Of a stretch of DNA of 64,000 nucleotides, positions 50,242-62,780 are shown in pieces. How positions within the stretch are numbered: position 1 is the stretch's first letter; each line of letters begins with the position of its first letter. The notes below the pieces were generated by a model. It worked only from the letters and a program-made list of their open reading frames with translations, made no database searches and was not told the DNA's origin. Origin of the DNA: Mytilus galloprovincialis (taxonomy: Eukaryota). The stretch lies in assembly GCF_965363235.1 (NCBI RefSeq), contig NC_134841.1, positions 74,589,723-74,653,722 on the forward strand. Direction: 5' to 3'. The position numbers were made by a program, and so were the translations under genes.

Positions 50242-50900
50242 GTATTGATAACTTTCAATTTGTTTTAGTTGTAAATACTGGTGTTTGAAAACTGACCGAA
50301 ATGGCCATCATGTTTAATTTATTGATTACTTTTTTTTTTATCAAACAGAGTACAATTGAATGATTGCTTGATTGTTGTTTGCTTAATCATAATCAAATAT
50401 AAAAAATATCATGCATATTCAGGAAATTGAAAGTAATTCAAAAGGAAGGTTTTGCAAAGATGGTTCACCGAGATAGATAAATGGCGAATAATTTACACAG
50501 CCACTAGAAAGTAGAGTGTAAGCTATCAACAGGCCATTTGCGGATTGACCCATGAGGTTTTTGTGATGCTGTGCACAAAGTTTTTGTAAGGATAATGCCG
50601 ACAATGGTTATGCTTTGCCTAATGTGTATTCATTGGAATTGGAATCAGATGACACTAAACGTTAACCGAAAAGCGCTAAGCCTAAGGTACATACAATATT
50701 ATGATACAGAAATGCATCAAATTATGAAACGCATGACTATATTAAATCCTGACTACATTTTTTAAAATCGCCTTACTATAAACACTGACGGGGGTTTCTT
50801 TAAGCGAAAAAAAGACATTGTAATATTTTCAAATAAATATGGTAATAAAAGAAACTTAAAAGACCAATGACTTTGTAATACATGTTACATTTTCTTCAAG

Positions 50901-51143
50901 GTCCTATATAAACAACAGTGCATGGAGTGTGATGAATTTATGGGGCCATACAAAACAACACCTCTTATTTGTTCCGGTTGCAGAATGGTGAATTGCGAGT
51001 GTGAAGAGGACAATTCTGGACCGAAAAAGCCACACCTGTCAGATTTATGTGGAAGGTGTCAGTCAGGAAAAAAATGTCAATTATCACTAGAAAAATGTGT
51101 CTTCCCTTGTTCTAGGCGTGATGGAAGAAGATACCGCTATTGA
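50901..51143 (+). CDS. ZAR1-like gene, exon 2 (the spliced protein of 123 aa is an atypical 3CxxC-type zinc-finger domain)
   Basis: Acceptor ttttcttcaag|GTC at 50900/50901. Joined protein ...YFCCRSCDHEWTSSYVWKMSGTLKVLYKQQCMECDEFMGPYKTTPLICSGCRMVNCECEEDNSGPKKPHLSDLCGRCQSGKKCQLSLE... This matches the conserved ZAR1 C-terminal pattern (Y.HC.DC...W.S.YVW...GT.KV..KQ.C..C......Y.......C..C....C.C......PK.PH...LCGRC). TGA at 51141-51143. Confidence 0.55.
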   Translation, partial: VLYKQQCMECDEFMGPYKTTPLICSGCRMVNCECEEDNSGPKKPHLSDLCGRCQSGKKCQLSLEKCVFPCSRRDGRRYRY

Positions 51144-51602
51144 TGTCAACATCTGAAACTTTTTTTTTTATTGTATTTGAAATCATTAATGTTTATTAAA
51201 TCATTTGTTTCTTTATATATATACTAGATCTTTTTTTTTTTTTTTATTTAGCCATTTATTTCTTTTGCTTATGCATTACCTTTGCTTTAGCTGCATGCAG
51301 TCTTTTGTTTGTGCTTAAAGTGTTTAAGTTTGCATGTGCTACTCTTATATAAATACTATGTGCACTGCTACTATATATGTGCTGATATTAGACATTTGTT
51401 TTAATATATCTTGCTTAGATTTTATTCTGCATGTGCTATCTACATGTATGTATTAATATATATATATGTGATGTCTGTATGTTTGTGTTGTATGTGTATC
51501 TGATGTTATTACATGTATGTTTTGTTTATTAATATCAGTCGGTTAAAGAGCTCTTAAGAGCTCATGTTCTTTGTTATTATGTATATATGCAACCCGACTT
51601 TA

Positions 51603-51640
51603 AATAAAGATTACTTTACTTTACTTTACTTTACTTTACT
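51603..51640. repeat. (TTTAC)n microsatellite, ~6.5 units
   Basis: ctttactttactttactttactttactttta. Confidence 0.85.
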
Positions 51641-52249
51641 TTTAGATCACACCCGCGAAATCGCGGGCATACACAGTTGTCAACTGTTGTAGTATGAATT
51701 TTTGTAAAAGATAATTATTATGTCTGGAGAATTTCATAAAAGGTATCGAAAGCTCTCTCACTTTTTTTTCCAAAGTCCGTTATCTGTTTCCTTTCTGTTA
51801 AATTCAATTATTTTCGTGTTTCTGGCCTCAGACCACAATTATTCTTCCGCTTTGCTACAATGCATTTTTTTTTGTAACTGAATTCAAATCAAATTAAAAA
51901 TTTGCACCGCTTCAAACATGAAATTAATGCAACTCCGTACAGACCATTATTATTCTAATAAAATATGCTTCTAGGACACTCCATCAGTGCTTTTTCTTTT
52001 GAGAGCCCGATTAACATGCCAATGGTAGGATTTGAATCTTGTATAAATGCCGAAGGCTAATTTGAGAGGTCACGGGTCGGTGGGGTCCTGATCCCGAAAT
52101 CCTGGGCTTAAAAACATGAAATTCCGAGGTGTCGAATTTAAAGAAATTCATATCCCGACATCCCGAAATTCGAAAAAAATATTCCCTGATCCCGTAAGGA
52201 TCCATCCCAAAATCCCGAGCTTTAAAACACCCGATCCCGGTAAGTAAGT

Positions 52250-52480
52250 CATGCATCCATCAACTCTCTACCCTATTTTCATTTTAGCCAAATCACTACT
52301 TTCACTTTCAACAATAAATATTTATGCTCCATTTATGGGCATTATGTTTTCTAGTCTGTGCGTCCGTTCGTTCGTTCGACCGTCCGTCCGTCTGTCTGAC
52401 TTCAGGTTAAACTTTTTGGTCGAGGTAGTTTTTGATGAAGTTGAAGTCCAGTCAACTCGAAGCTTAGTAAATATGTTCCC
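52250..52480 (+). repeat. Repeat with internal (GTCC/GTTC)n microsatellite; inverted partner at 57420-57650
   Basis: 52290-52470 ...gtccgttcgttcgttcgaccgtccgtccgtctgtctgacttcaggttaaactttttggtcgaggtagtttttgatgaagttgaagtccagtcaactcgaagcttagt... is the reverse complement of 57470-57640 (...gacggacggacgaacgaacg...). The pair brackets ~5 kb. Confidence 0.6.
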
Positions 52481-52837
52481 TATGATATGATCTTTCTTAT
52501 TTTAATGCCAAAGTAGATATTTTACCCCATTTTACGGTCCACTGAATATAGAAAATGATAGTGCCGATGTGGCACCCGTGTGCTATGGACACTAACAGAA
52601 AACAGTAGACAGAACACAGAAAGTCTCTATAAATTATAGTAGTATGATCGTAGTTTACATGTAGATGAACACGAAAAATAATTGTCCTCTCTATGGAGGT
52701 ATAATAGTTGTGGTTCTTGCGATTTAAAAACCATGATATGGAGAACGCTCTGATTGGCGTATTTATTTTTCATTTTTATACGCCCGTCTTTTAGACGGGA
52801 CGTATTTAATATGGTATACCGTTGTCCTTCCGTCCGT

Positions 52838-53270
52838 CGTCCACACTTCGGACAATAACTCAAAAATATTTTCACCAATTTCCATGAAACTTAAGTGAAT
52901 TGTTTATATCTATTGACGTAAGCTCCCTTTCGTTTTTTTTTTTAATTTCAGATTTTAAGTTTTGGATTTATGGGGCTTTATTCATAAAAAAAAGGGTGAT
53001 TTTCAACGCTTCGGACAATAACTCAAAAAGGCTTTCACCAAAATAAAAATGATTTCATGGACATTTATATCTATTGATGTAAGCTCCCTTTCAATTTTTA
53101 TAAATTTTAGATTTTAAGTTTTGGATTTATGGGGCTTTATTCATAAAAAAGGGGGATTTTCAACACTTCGGACAATAATTAATTTTTAGATTTTACGTTT
53201 TCTTAAGTAATGAATTTTTATACTTAAAAAAGGGGGATTTTATGAAACTTTGGTGAATATATTAATGTAA
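52838..53270. repeat. ~150-bp tandem repeat, about 2.7 copies
   Basis: cttcggacaataactcaaaaa...ttcaNNNaaacttaagtgaattgtttatatctattgaYgtaagctccctttc...agattttaagttttggatttatggggctttattcataaaaaa repeats. Confidence 0.7.
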
Positions 53271-53794
53271 CATCCCTTTTGATTTGTATATATATTTCTA
53301 GTTGATCATATAAATTCATTTAAAGCATAAAAGACAAGTTAAAAGAGCAACGGACGTATCATGCGCTAAAGCACAGCCCTTTATTGTTATCCATCATACG
53401 ATTGGTTGTAGTTGTGCATGTTTAAAACCGGAAGTCCTATCTATGACTAAAAGTCGGTTTGATGACGAAAACAATATCCGGACAGCCTTTTTGTCGTTTT
53501 TCTTCCAAAATAACTCAATCTGAATAATCATAAGATGACAAATGTGACTATGCATGTTACCTATAGGACACAGAGGTATGGTGATTAATTTATTGTGGAA
53601 GGAAGAGAAGTGACACACAAAATGAGGTCTTCTCGTTTAATAGTATAGATATATATATATCTTTCAAATATTATATAGATATATTAATAAATATCATTTG
53701 TATACGAACGATCAAATGAATTATAATGATACATATTTCCTTAAATGCCTCGTTGGTAAATTAAAAAAAAAAGCAGTTTAGAAAATAAGGCTAC

Positions 53795-54665
53795 AGGGGC
53801 GGATCCAGCCATTTTAAAAAGAGGGGTCCAACCCAGGTTAAAGGGGAGGGGTCCTACCCATGTCCCCATTCAAAAGAATTGAGCGCCAAAGAAAGGAGTG
53901 GTTCCAACCCACGGAACCTAACCCCCGGAAAAGCACTGGGCTACAACTTCCTCAGGAAAAGTTGACTTTTGATGAATTTTGCAATTCTTTTTGTATTGCT
54001 TTGGTCGTATAGTTCCTAACGTGCTTCGTTACTGGCATGATGTTAACATATTTCCTCAAATAACTCGTTGATCGACGAAAAAAAATATCTAAGAAACTTA
54101 TTATTATAACTCCATCAATAAAAGTTGAACTTGTAAGTCTATTCATTTTAGGCATCTTTTAACCATATAGATCCTAACTTTTCTATGTTTTTATAGGTCT
54201 TTATACATCCTCAGCATTCAAATGTTTAGGTTTGAGCGTTCTTGATGAAGGTCGAACCAGCTTTGGACGCAGAAAAATGTCTCAGGCTGTTTTTCGATTT
54301 CTTGCACTGCATATAGATGCCACTGCTAAGACTCCCTGAGACTTTCTTTAGCTCGGAAGTCGGTGCTTCGTTTACGTTACTGGTATGACTTTTATCATAC
54401 TGTGTAAATTCACCCGTTTATAAATGAAGAAAAACAAATTTATAAACTAAGATTTCAACTCCATCAGGCAAAGTTGACCTGCAATGAGTATTGCTATTCT
54501 TTAAATTAGTCATATAGCCCTAACCAGGTGCGGATCCAGGGGGGGGGGGGGGGTCCGGGGGTTGGAACACCCCCTTTTTTTGGACGATCAATGCATTTGA
54601 ATGGGGACATGTAATTGGAACCCCCCTCTGTCCTGGGTTAGGAACCCCCCCCCCCCCCTTTCTTA
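53795..54665. mobile_element. Two further MITE-family-related copies with long G/C homopolymers (about 53795-53945 and 54520-54665)
   Basis: caggggcggatccagcc...gggg...tccaaccc and ccaggtgcggatccaggggggggggggggg...ggaacccccccccccccc share the GCGGATCCAG terminal motif with the MITEs at 6215 and 9836. Confidence 0.4.
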
Positions 54666-56438
54666 AGGAAAGGGTGGTTATCGATTTTCATTCTTAATCA
54701 ATCAATTCATAGAACCGTTAACAGACATGTTGGCTAAAGAACTAGTTCGACCGGTTTGTTTTTGTATTTTAAATTCATGGTACACTAAGCAAATAAGAAA
54801 ATATATATATATTTTTTTTTGGTAACTTTTATCCCGACCACATGATTTAGCTGTAACCATTGAAACAATCCGTTCGATAAAAATGTCATGAGAGGGAAAA
54901 TAACTTAAACACACATCTCTCGAAAAGAAGACAAGTAGAGATCTCTAAAATGGTTCTAATCACTACATAAAATTATAAATGAAACACTGTACAAAACATA
55001 GGTATGGGCTTTGATTATTGTTGAAGGCCGTACGGTGACCTATAGTTGTTAATTTCTGTGTCTCTTGTGTAGAGTTGTCTCATTGGCAATCATATCACAT
55101 CTTCTTTTTTTAAATTATCGCATCTTTTTACTCTCTGAAATAAAGTGTAAGTGTTCTCGCTTGTATGTCTATTTGCAAAAGTACAGCTAATACAACTTCG
55201 CAATATGCGACATATTGTTCTGAATTCATAAGATGTAAATTGCTTCTACTTGTATTTTTTCCCTTGATTGTATTTGTAATGTCAATAATTGCTTCATTCC
55301 ATACAGTCCTCATTATTTCTGGTTGTATTAGTTTCATATCCCCATAACAGTTTAATATTATTTTTGTCATATCTCTATTAACTGTAGTAAGTAAATAAGA
55401 TGCGAGATATATCAAAGGACCATTCAAACTCACAAGTAGAACTTTTAAAACCGAAAACGCCATGGCTAAAAAAGAAAAAGACAAACAGCAAACTACAAAA
55501 CACAAAACACAACATAGAAAACTAAAGACTGAGCAAAACGAACCCAAACAAAAACTGGGGGGTGATCTCAGGTGCTCCGAATTGGTAAGCAGGTCCTGCT
55601 CCACAAGTAAGTGTCATATTTCAATAAAAGACTTATTAAAAAGAGATATAGTTACGATACTGTTGTCAAGTCATAAAAGATGGCATACTTGACTTTAATA
55701 TTGATTCACTTATAGGGCTTTGCATCGGAAATAAACACATTTATTCTAAAACCAGTTGTTGGCATGATACGGGTTATCATCATTGTTCTTCTCAAATGAA
55801 CAATCATACATGTAATGATGGTATGATGCATATTCATATGGTGAAGACATAATCTTTCAATCAGTTTAATTGGGGTCTGGAGCTGGCATGTCAGTAACTG
55901 CTAGAAGTCCTTAGTGAAATTATGTATCATTATCAGTTTGTTTAGTTTCTTTTGTTACCTTGTTACCTATTCTGACATCGGACTCGGACTTCTTTTAAAC
56001 TGAGTTATACTGTGCGTTTGTTTAGAGGGAGGGTTAAGATCTTAAAAAAACATGTTTAACCCCGCCGCATTTTTGCGCCTGTCCCACGTCAGGAACCTCA
56101 GGTCTTTGTTAGTCTTGTGTGATTTTTAATTTTAGTTTCTTTTATATATTTCGGAGAAAAGAATGGCGTCCATTACCACTGAACTAAAACACATTTTTGT
56201 TTAGGGGCCAGCTGAAGCACGCCTCCGGGTGCTGGATTTTCTCACTGTATTGAAGACCCATTGGTGGCCATCGGCTGTTTTCTCCTCTTTGGTAGGGTTA
56301 TTGTTTCTTTGACATATCCCCCTTTCCCATTCTCAATTTTAAATGTAACAAAAAAATCAGCACTCAGCAACGGATGTTAAGTCCTCAATGCTCTTAAACA
56401 TAGTTAATTATTTGGTCTGCTTAATTTTTTGGCTTCGA

Positions 56439-56482
56439 GAATCACTGATGAGTCTTTTGTGGACAAAACGCTCGTCTGGCTT
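56439..56482 (+). ncRNA. Degenerate solo hammerhead-ribozyme relic (G12 to A, weakened helix I); probably inactive
   Basis: GAAUCA-CUGAUGA-GUC-UUUUGUG-GAC-AAAAC-GCUC-GUC|UGGCUU. Same architecture and same downstream caaaattataa as the 31655-32473 units. The catalytic GAAA is changed to AAAA. Confidence 0.45.
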
Positions 56483-58389
56483 TCAAAATTATAAGACTGA
56501 TGTCTTTGTTGACGTTGCAGGTGCGCTTGACTCCAATCTTAATTAAATAAGATAGTCAAGTTTTCAGACCGAAGGTTGGCGATTCTCTCCGACACTCCGT
56601 CTTCCTCCACTGATAAAACTGACGACCATGAAATAGCACAACTGTGCTGAAAGAAGCATTAAACACCAATCAATCAATCATAGAAATGATAATACTATTA
56701 TTTTTTTATTCATAATTTTTATAACAATAAGAAGCTTTATTTCTTTATTGAATATTTCATTAAAGAGACTTCGTAGGTTCTGGTTTCTAAGACAAATAAA
56801 AAATCTCAAATCATCATACAGTTTGCCTCAGGTTGAACTGTGACAAATTTGTTACACCCACACCCAGATAACACTTCCAATATCTGGTGTGGTGTTGAGA
56901 GAGCTGTAGCCATTGAAAATCAAGCACTGTTCAGTTTTAAAGACAAATGCTGTACAATCGGTTCCATGATGTAGACATAAGTAAGCACAGTAAATCCTTG
57001 TTCTGGAATACTCGGTTAGATAAGGAAGAGTAGTTGGGATGGAATCTGTCTTGTCAATATGAAAATACCTCGAACCTGTTAAATATTAAAAATACCATAT
57101 ATAGGTGGATAATGTAGTAAATATTTCTATCGGAAAACAACTGTAGTTCATACAAAATATAAACTCTCTTCACAAATGTTTTTTTTTCTTTCTATGTATT
57201 CCCCTTCTTTATTAAACTTATAGTGAACATAAAAATAATTAATCATCTAAAAATATTCTAAATATATTCTATAGTGACTATTAATTATATAAACCAATAA
57301 TTTAACAAATTCAAAAGGAAAAGATGCAAAATAAAACATATAACAACAAGAATGTGTCCCCAGTACACGAATGCCCCACTCGCACTATCATTTTCTATGT
57401 TCAGTGGACCGTGAAATTGGGGTAAAATCTCTAATTTGGCATTAAAATTAAAAAGATCATATCATAGGGAACATGTATACTAAGTTTGAAGTCGATTGGA
57501 CTTCAACTTCATCAAAAACTACCTTGACCAAAAACTTTAACCTGAAGCGGGACAGACGGACGGACGAACGAACGAACGAACGAACGAACGGACGGACGGA
57601 CGGACAGACGACCGACCGAACGAACGGACACACAGACCAGAAAACATAATGCCCCTCTACTATCGTAGGTGGGGCATAAAAATATCCACAATCTTGTTGA
57701 CTCCTTGTTTTGTCATCTCTTTATTTTTTCCTCCGGTGGAATGTTAAGGTTGTATGTTATTTTACTTACTGTTTGTACCCCCAACATGCCATTGGCCAAT
57801 ATTTCCCGTCGGTGTGCTTACTCCTGCTGTTAAACCTTCAACTATATCTTGGGATATGGGATAATGGTTCGCCGTTGGATCTATTTTAAGTAATTATATG
57901 TTTTATTATATGTGATGTATTATAATCGGATAGATATGATGAGAAAGGGTTAATTTTAATGAAGCAGTAGTCTTAACTAAATGGTTAAAACAATTTTTAT
58001 TTATCCCAACACACGGCCCCCACACTCACCTATATTCTTGCCTCCACAAAATGATCATATTACAAAGTTATCTAGTGTAGATTCTCGTTTTTCACATTTA
58101 TGGTAAAATGAGGAAACCCCATACATATTCGTACAAAAAAAGCACCCACACTCAAACATGAGAATATCAGTTTCATTGTTAATTTAGCTTTATCCATATG
58201 TAAACATAGAATATTCTCGCTTCTAAAATATTCAAAATTGAAACACTCGATAAGGTCGACGAAGGTTTTATCTACACACAAAAAAATCATATTTGTGACA
58301 ATAAGTACAGCTATACTATATTTATATTTTTTCTTTAAATTTCTTTTTTGAAACCATCATTTTGATATATCAAGAAAAAACATACATAC

Positions 58390-58598
58390 ATTGACAAAGA
58401 AATAGACTGGTTTCCGTCGCTGCTCTATTATCCCAATCAAAGCTTTTAGTGTAAACAAGTTTAACACGTTGGTTTATAGCATATGATGTAGGTTCTCCAT
58501 AAATCCATGCAGCTTCCGTTAGATCTGTTCCATCATTCCATTTGAATGAAATTCCATCTGCTGACGTCAGTCCAATCCAGAAATCGTTATTAACATTC
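58390..58598 (-). CDS. Multi-CTLD gene, exon e (C-terminal half of CTLD-C)
   Basis: Acceptor tgttacag|G at 58599/58598. Encodes (M)NVNNDFWIGLTSADGISFKWNDGTDLTEAAWIYGEPTSYAINQRVKLVYTKSFDWDNRAATETSLFLCQ then t|GTATGT donor. WIGL, W.W.DG and GEP signatures are present. Confidence 0.6.
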
Positions 58599-59890
58599 CT
58601 GTAACATATATAGAAATCGTTATTGTTGTCCCTGTAACATATTTAGAAATCGTTATTATTGTCCCTGTAACATTTTTAGAAATCGTTATTATTGTTCCTG
58701 TAATATATTTAGAAATTGTTAGGAATGTCCCTGTAACATGTTTAGAAATCGTTATTATTGTCCCTGTAACATATATAGAAATCGTTATTATTGTCCCTGC
58801 AACATATTTAGAAATCGTTATTATTGTCCCTGTAACATATTTAGAAATTGTTATTATTGTCCCTGTAACATATTTAGAAATCGTTATTATTTTCCCTTTA
58901 ACATATTTAGAAATCGTTATTATCGTCCCTGCAACTTATTTAGAAATCGTTATAATTGTCCCTGTAGCATATTCAGAAATCGTTATTATTGTCCCTGCAA
59001 CATATTTAGAAATCGTTATTATTGTCCCTGTAACATACTTAGAAATCGTTAGTATTGTCCCTGTAAAATATTTAGAAATCGTTATTATTGTCCCTGCAAC
59101 ATATTTAGAAATCGTTATTATTGTCCCTGTAACATATTTAGAAATCGTTATTATTGTCTCTGCAACATATTTAGAAATCGTTATTATTATCCCTGTAACA
59201 TACTTAGAAATCGTTATTATTGTCCCTGTAACATACTAAGAAATAGTTAGTATTGTCCCTGTTAAATATTTAGAAATCGTTATTATTGTCCCTGCAACAT
59301 ATTTAGAAATCGTTATTATTGTCCCTGTAACATACTTAGAAATCGTTATTATTGTCCCTGTAACATACTTAGAAATCGTTAGTAATGTCCCTGTCAAATA
59401 TTTAGAAATCGTTATTATTGTCCCTGCAACATATTTAGAAATCGTTAGTATTGTCCCTGTAACATATTTAGAAATCGTTGTTATTGTCCCTGCAACATAT
59501 TTAGAAATTTTTATTATTGTCCCTGTAACATATTTAGAAATCGTTACTATTGTCCTTGTAACATATTTAGAATCGTTATTATTGTCCCTGTAACATATTT
59601 AGAAATCGTTAAAATTGTCCTTGTAACATATTTAGAAATCGTTATTATTTTCCCTGTAACATATTTAGAATCATTATTATTGACCCTGTAACATATTTAG
59701 AAATCGTTATTATTGTCACTGTAACATATTTAGAAATCGTTATAATTGTCCATGTAACATATTCATAAATCGTTATTATTGTCCCTGTAACATATTTAGA
59801 AATCGTTATTATTGTCCCTGAAACATACTTAGAAATCGTTATTATTGTTCCTGAAACATACTTAGAAATCGTTATTATTGTTCCTGTAAC
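58581..59890. repeat. 33-bp minisatellite, ~40 copies, inside the intron between CTLD exons d and e; the unit is derived from the splice-acceptor and exon-start of exon e
   Basis: Plus-strand unit gaaatcgttattattgtccctgtaacatatttag. Minus-strand unit ..atgttacagGGACAATAATAACGATTTC.. matches the true junction atgttacag|GAATGTTAATAACGATTTCTGG. ORF 58738-59052 (NRYYCPCNIFR repeats) is just its translation. Confidence 0.85.
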
Positions 59891-60669
59891 ATATTTTCAA
59901 AGACCATTTCAACTGGCAAGCACTAAAAAGATAATCGTTATATAAAAAATAACCAGATTTGGTAGTCTTCTCGAAGTGCGAATTGAGTAATTTTAAATGA
60001 TTTCCGTTCAATTCCATTGTCACATCAGTAAATATCAGAAAGAAGAAGTGGTATAATTGTCAATGAGACAACTCTCCACAAGAGTCCAAATGACACAGAA
60101 ATTGGCAGCCCATAACGCACCTATAGTCAGATATAAATTTAAAAGGCCCCAAAATCACAAATGTAAAACAACTCAAATGGGAAAAATAGCCTGATTTATG
60201 TTCAAAAAATGAACGAAAAACAAATATTTTTATGTAACACAGCAACAAACCACAACTACTGAATTACAGGTTCCTGACTTGGGAGCAAGTACACAAGGAT
60301 TTAAGAATAGCAAGTAGAATTAGTTAGTCCAGTTACCCAGTTACTTATGTATATACTGAACAGTAGAATTAGTGATTATTTCTGCACTGAGGCAAAGAAG
60401 CAGCATATTGTCTCGAATATCATAATGTAAGGAGTGTATGCGTGCAATTTTTAAAAGTGTTTCGAAAGGATTTCCCCTTGGTAAGGAGTGTTTACTTACA
60501 ATTAAAGTGTAGAAATGGGAGAGAAATAATTGTTCTAATTCCCTTTGAGATATAATAAATTTTAGAAGAACAGTTTCGACATGTTTAAAAAAAAACCAGA
60601 TTAGCTTCTGTTACATTATCAAGTGTATCTAAAAAGGTAGATTCTGATTTCAGTATTTCTATTACTTAC

Positions 60670-60808
60670 ATTCCCTGGTAGACAATAGCATTCTTGGCAA
60701 CTGTAAACATTTCATTTGTGGGTAGCATGGCCAGCTCTAAGGCATTCATTTCACAATCCTGTTTAGCAGTTTGATAATCAACGGAGTAACTCATCGGCAT
60801 ATAATTAT
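60670..60808 (-). CDS. Multi-CTLD gene, exon d (N-terminal half of CTLD-C)
   Basis: Acceptor tctcttgtttctgaatgtag|AT. Encodes NYMPMSYSVDYQTAKQDCEMNALELAMLPTNEMFTVAKNAIVYQG then at|GTAAGT donor at 60669. Y..A...C and LA...S..E..F pattern. Confidence 0.5.
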
Positions 60809-61827
60809 CTACATTCAGAAACAAGAGACTTTGGTAAGAAACTCAATGAAACAATATACAGACAATGCATTATACTTTGTAAAGCAGTAGGACAAGACTC
60901 TTGATTAATTTGCACACACGTTGACGGATTCCTTTCAAGAATTCAAAGTATATAACACCTTGGTGTGCGTACTCTGTGGTTAAGGCAACATGTAACAACT
61001 ATGCATTTTTATATACATGTATTCAAATTAAAAAAAAAGTTTCTAGAAGGATATAAACAAATCGAATATTATATTAAAATTTCCCGGAATACATACATGT
61101 ATAAGCTTAATAATATTTTGACTTTGTGGAAAATTGAGAATATAAAAATATAACAGGCTACATGTATTTACAAACCGTTGAGTCTTATGATTATTTACTT
61201 TTTAATATTGACAATTCTAAAACATTCAAATATTAAAACGTGCATTATATTTAAATAAATAAGAACAAAACATTACCGTTCTTGTCCATTCGTTTTTGAT
61301 GCGTTTTGTTATTTGATTTTGCCTAGTGTGAATATGGATTTTCAGATTCGATTTTCCTCTAAGTTCAGTATTTTTGTGATTTTACATTTTACACGTAATT
61401 AATTTCATACTATTTCACTTTTGATTCGAATGTATGAGAATTAAATTTCCGCATAAGTTTTTTGAGTATTTGAACAGATCAATTTGAAATACCATTTGAT
61501 TTGTATGGGGGGCTAGGATGAAAAATTTTGTCCTGCATTTTTTTTAGTTGTTATCTCTGTCCTGCCTTTTTATTTTTCACTCTTTTCGGTCCTGTATTGT
61601 TTTCTTAGTTTATCCTGACCTTTTTTTATATAAATTGTCATCCTGCCTTTTTTTTTCAAATTTGCTCACCCTGCCTTTTTTTCTTTAACTTAAAACTGCC
61701 ATTTTCAAATTTCATTCTAGCCATCCCCGCCCCGATAAAATAAAATGGTATCTGTCTTTAAAAAGCTCAAAATTCTACAACAGCATGTATAATGACTGAA
61801 GTTCATCTTAAACCTGTAACAACTTAC

Positions 61828-62039
61828 ATTGACATAACGCGTGGGGCAGTCTGGTAGATTTAGTTTTTGACACCCATGTACCATCGACCTTGTCCACCGC
61901 TATAGAGACGTTTGCAACCGGATTGGGAACAGTGTGACCTGGTTTCCAGTCTGTATAAACCACACTTTCTAACATGTTTTGCCAGGTTAGATATGCTCCA
62001 TTGCCATATAAACCTATCCATATGTCACCAGTCAGAGTT
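61828..62039 (-). CDS. Multi-CTLD gene, exon c (C-terminal half of CTLD-B)
   Basis: Acceptor gtgttag|A. Encodes (E)TLTGDIWIGLYGNGAYLTWQNMLESVVYTDWKPGHTVPNPVANVSIAVDKVDGTWVSKTKSTRLPHALCQ then t|GTAAGT donor (61827-61822). Overlaps ORF 61808-62056. Confidence 0.6.
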
Positions 62040-62780
62040 CTAACACAAACAAACATAGTTTACTTATACATTGCATGTTAATCTAGTTTCAGTGCCACCC
62101 CAAGCATAATATGCTTAAAACTTTCACAATGATTATTTGAGGAAATTCATATAACTGTTTCATATCTCATGTGGCACAGAGAAACTTTTTATTGTCTGAT
62201 GCAAAATCTATTTAAATAAACTTATATAATATACAAAAGCCAATTTTGTGTCTTATATTCGTTTTTTTAATTAATTTCTCGTGACGCACCACTTCAAATA
62301 CTATCAATCTTTTGATAAATAAAACAAAAATAAAATAAAAATGCAAATTCAACTGAAGAGCGTCTAAGAATTTTCAATCCATAAATATAATATCTTAGCT
62401 GTATTCCGCTTAACTTTTCAAAAATGTTGGCCCTCAATGCTCTTCGTACTTTATTTGAACTTTTGATTTATTATTCTAGCAGGCACTGCATGATGAATCT
62501 TTTTCAACGAAAATGCGCGTCTTTAGTACAAAATTATAAGCCAGGGTCCGAAGCTACCAAAAGACATGTCATAAGATATATCTTAGGACATATCTAATGA
62601 TTCTCTTATGACTATCCTAGGACATATATCAGACCTCGCCTCGAAGCTGTCTTAGAATGATCTTAGCAAAGACATTCTAAAACTGCTGCAAGTTCTTTAA
62701 ATTTTCAAATATTAACATGGATTTATGGAAAAAAATCATGTGAATGTAGTGTTGACTGATCTTAACTTGAAAATACATAC

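Noticed and set aside
55128-55604. 158-aa minus-strand ORF
   Set aside because: Spans an A/C-rich low-complexity tract that is part of a dispersed repeat (same caacatagaaaactaaagactgagcaa motif at 8995-9045). No domain, no splice context.
58738-59052. 104-aa ORF encoding NRYYCPCNIFR repeated peptide
   Set aside because: Translation of the 33-bp minisatellite on the non-gene strand. Periodicity equals the repeat unit.
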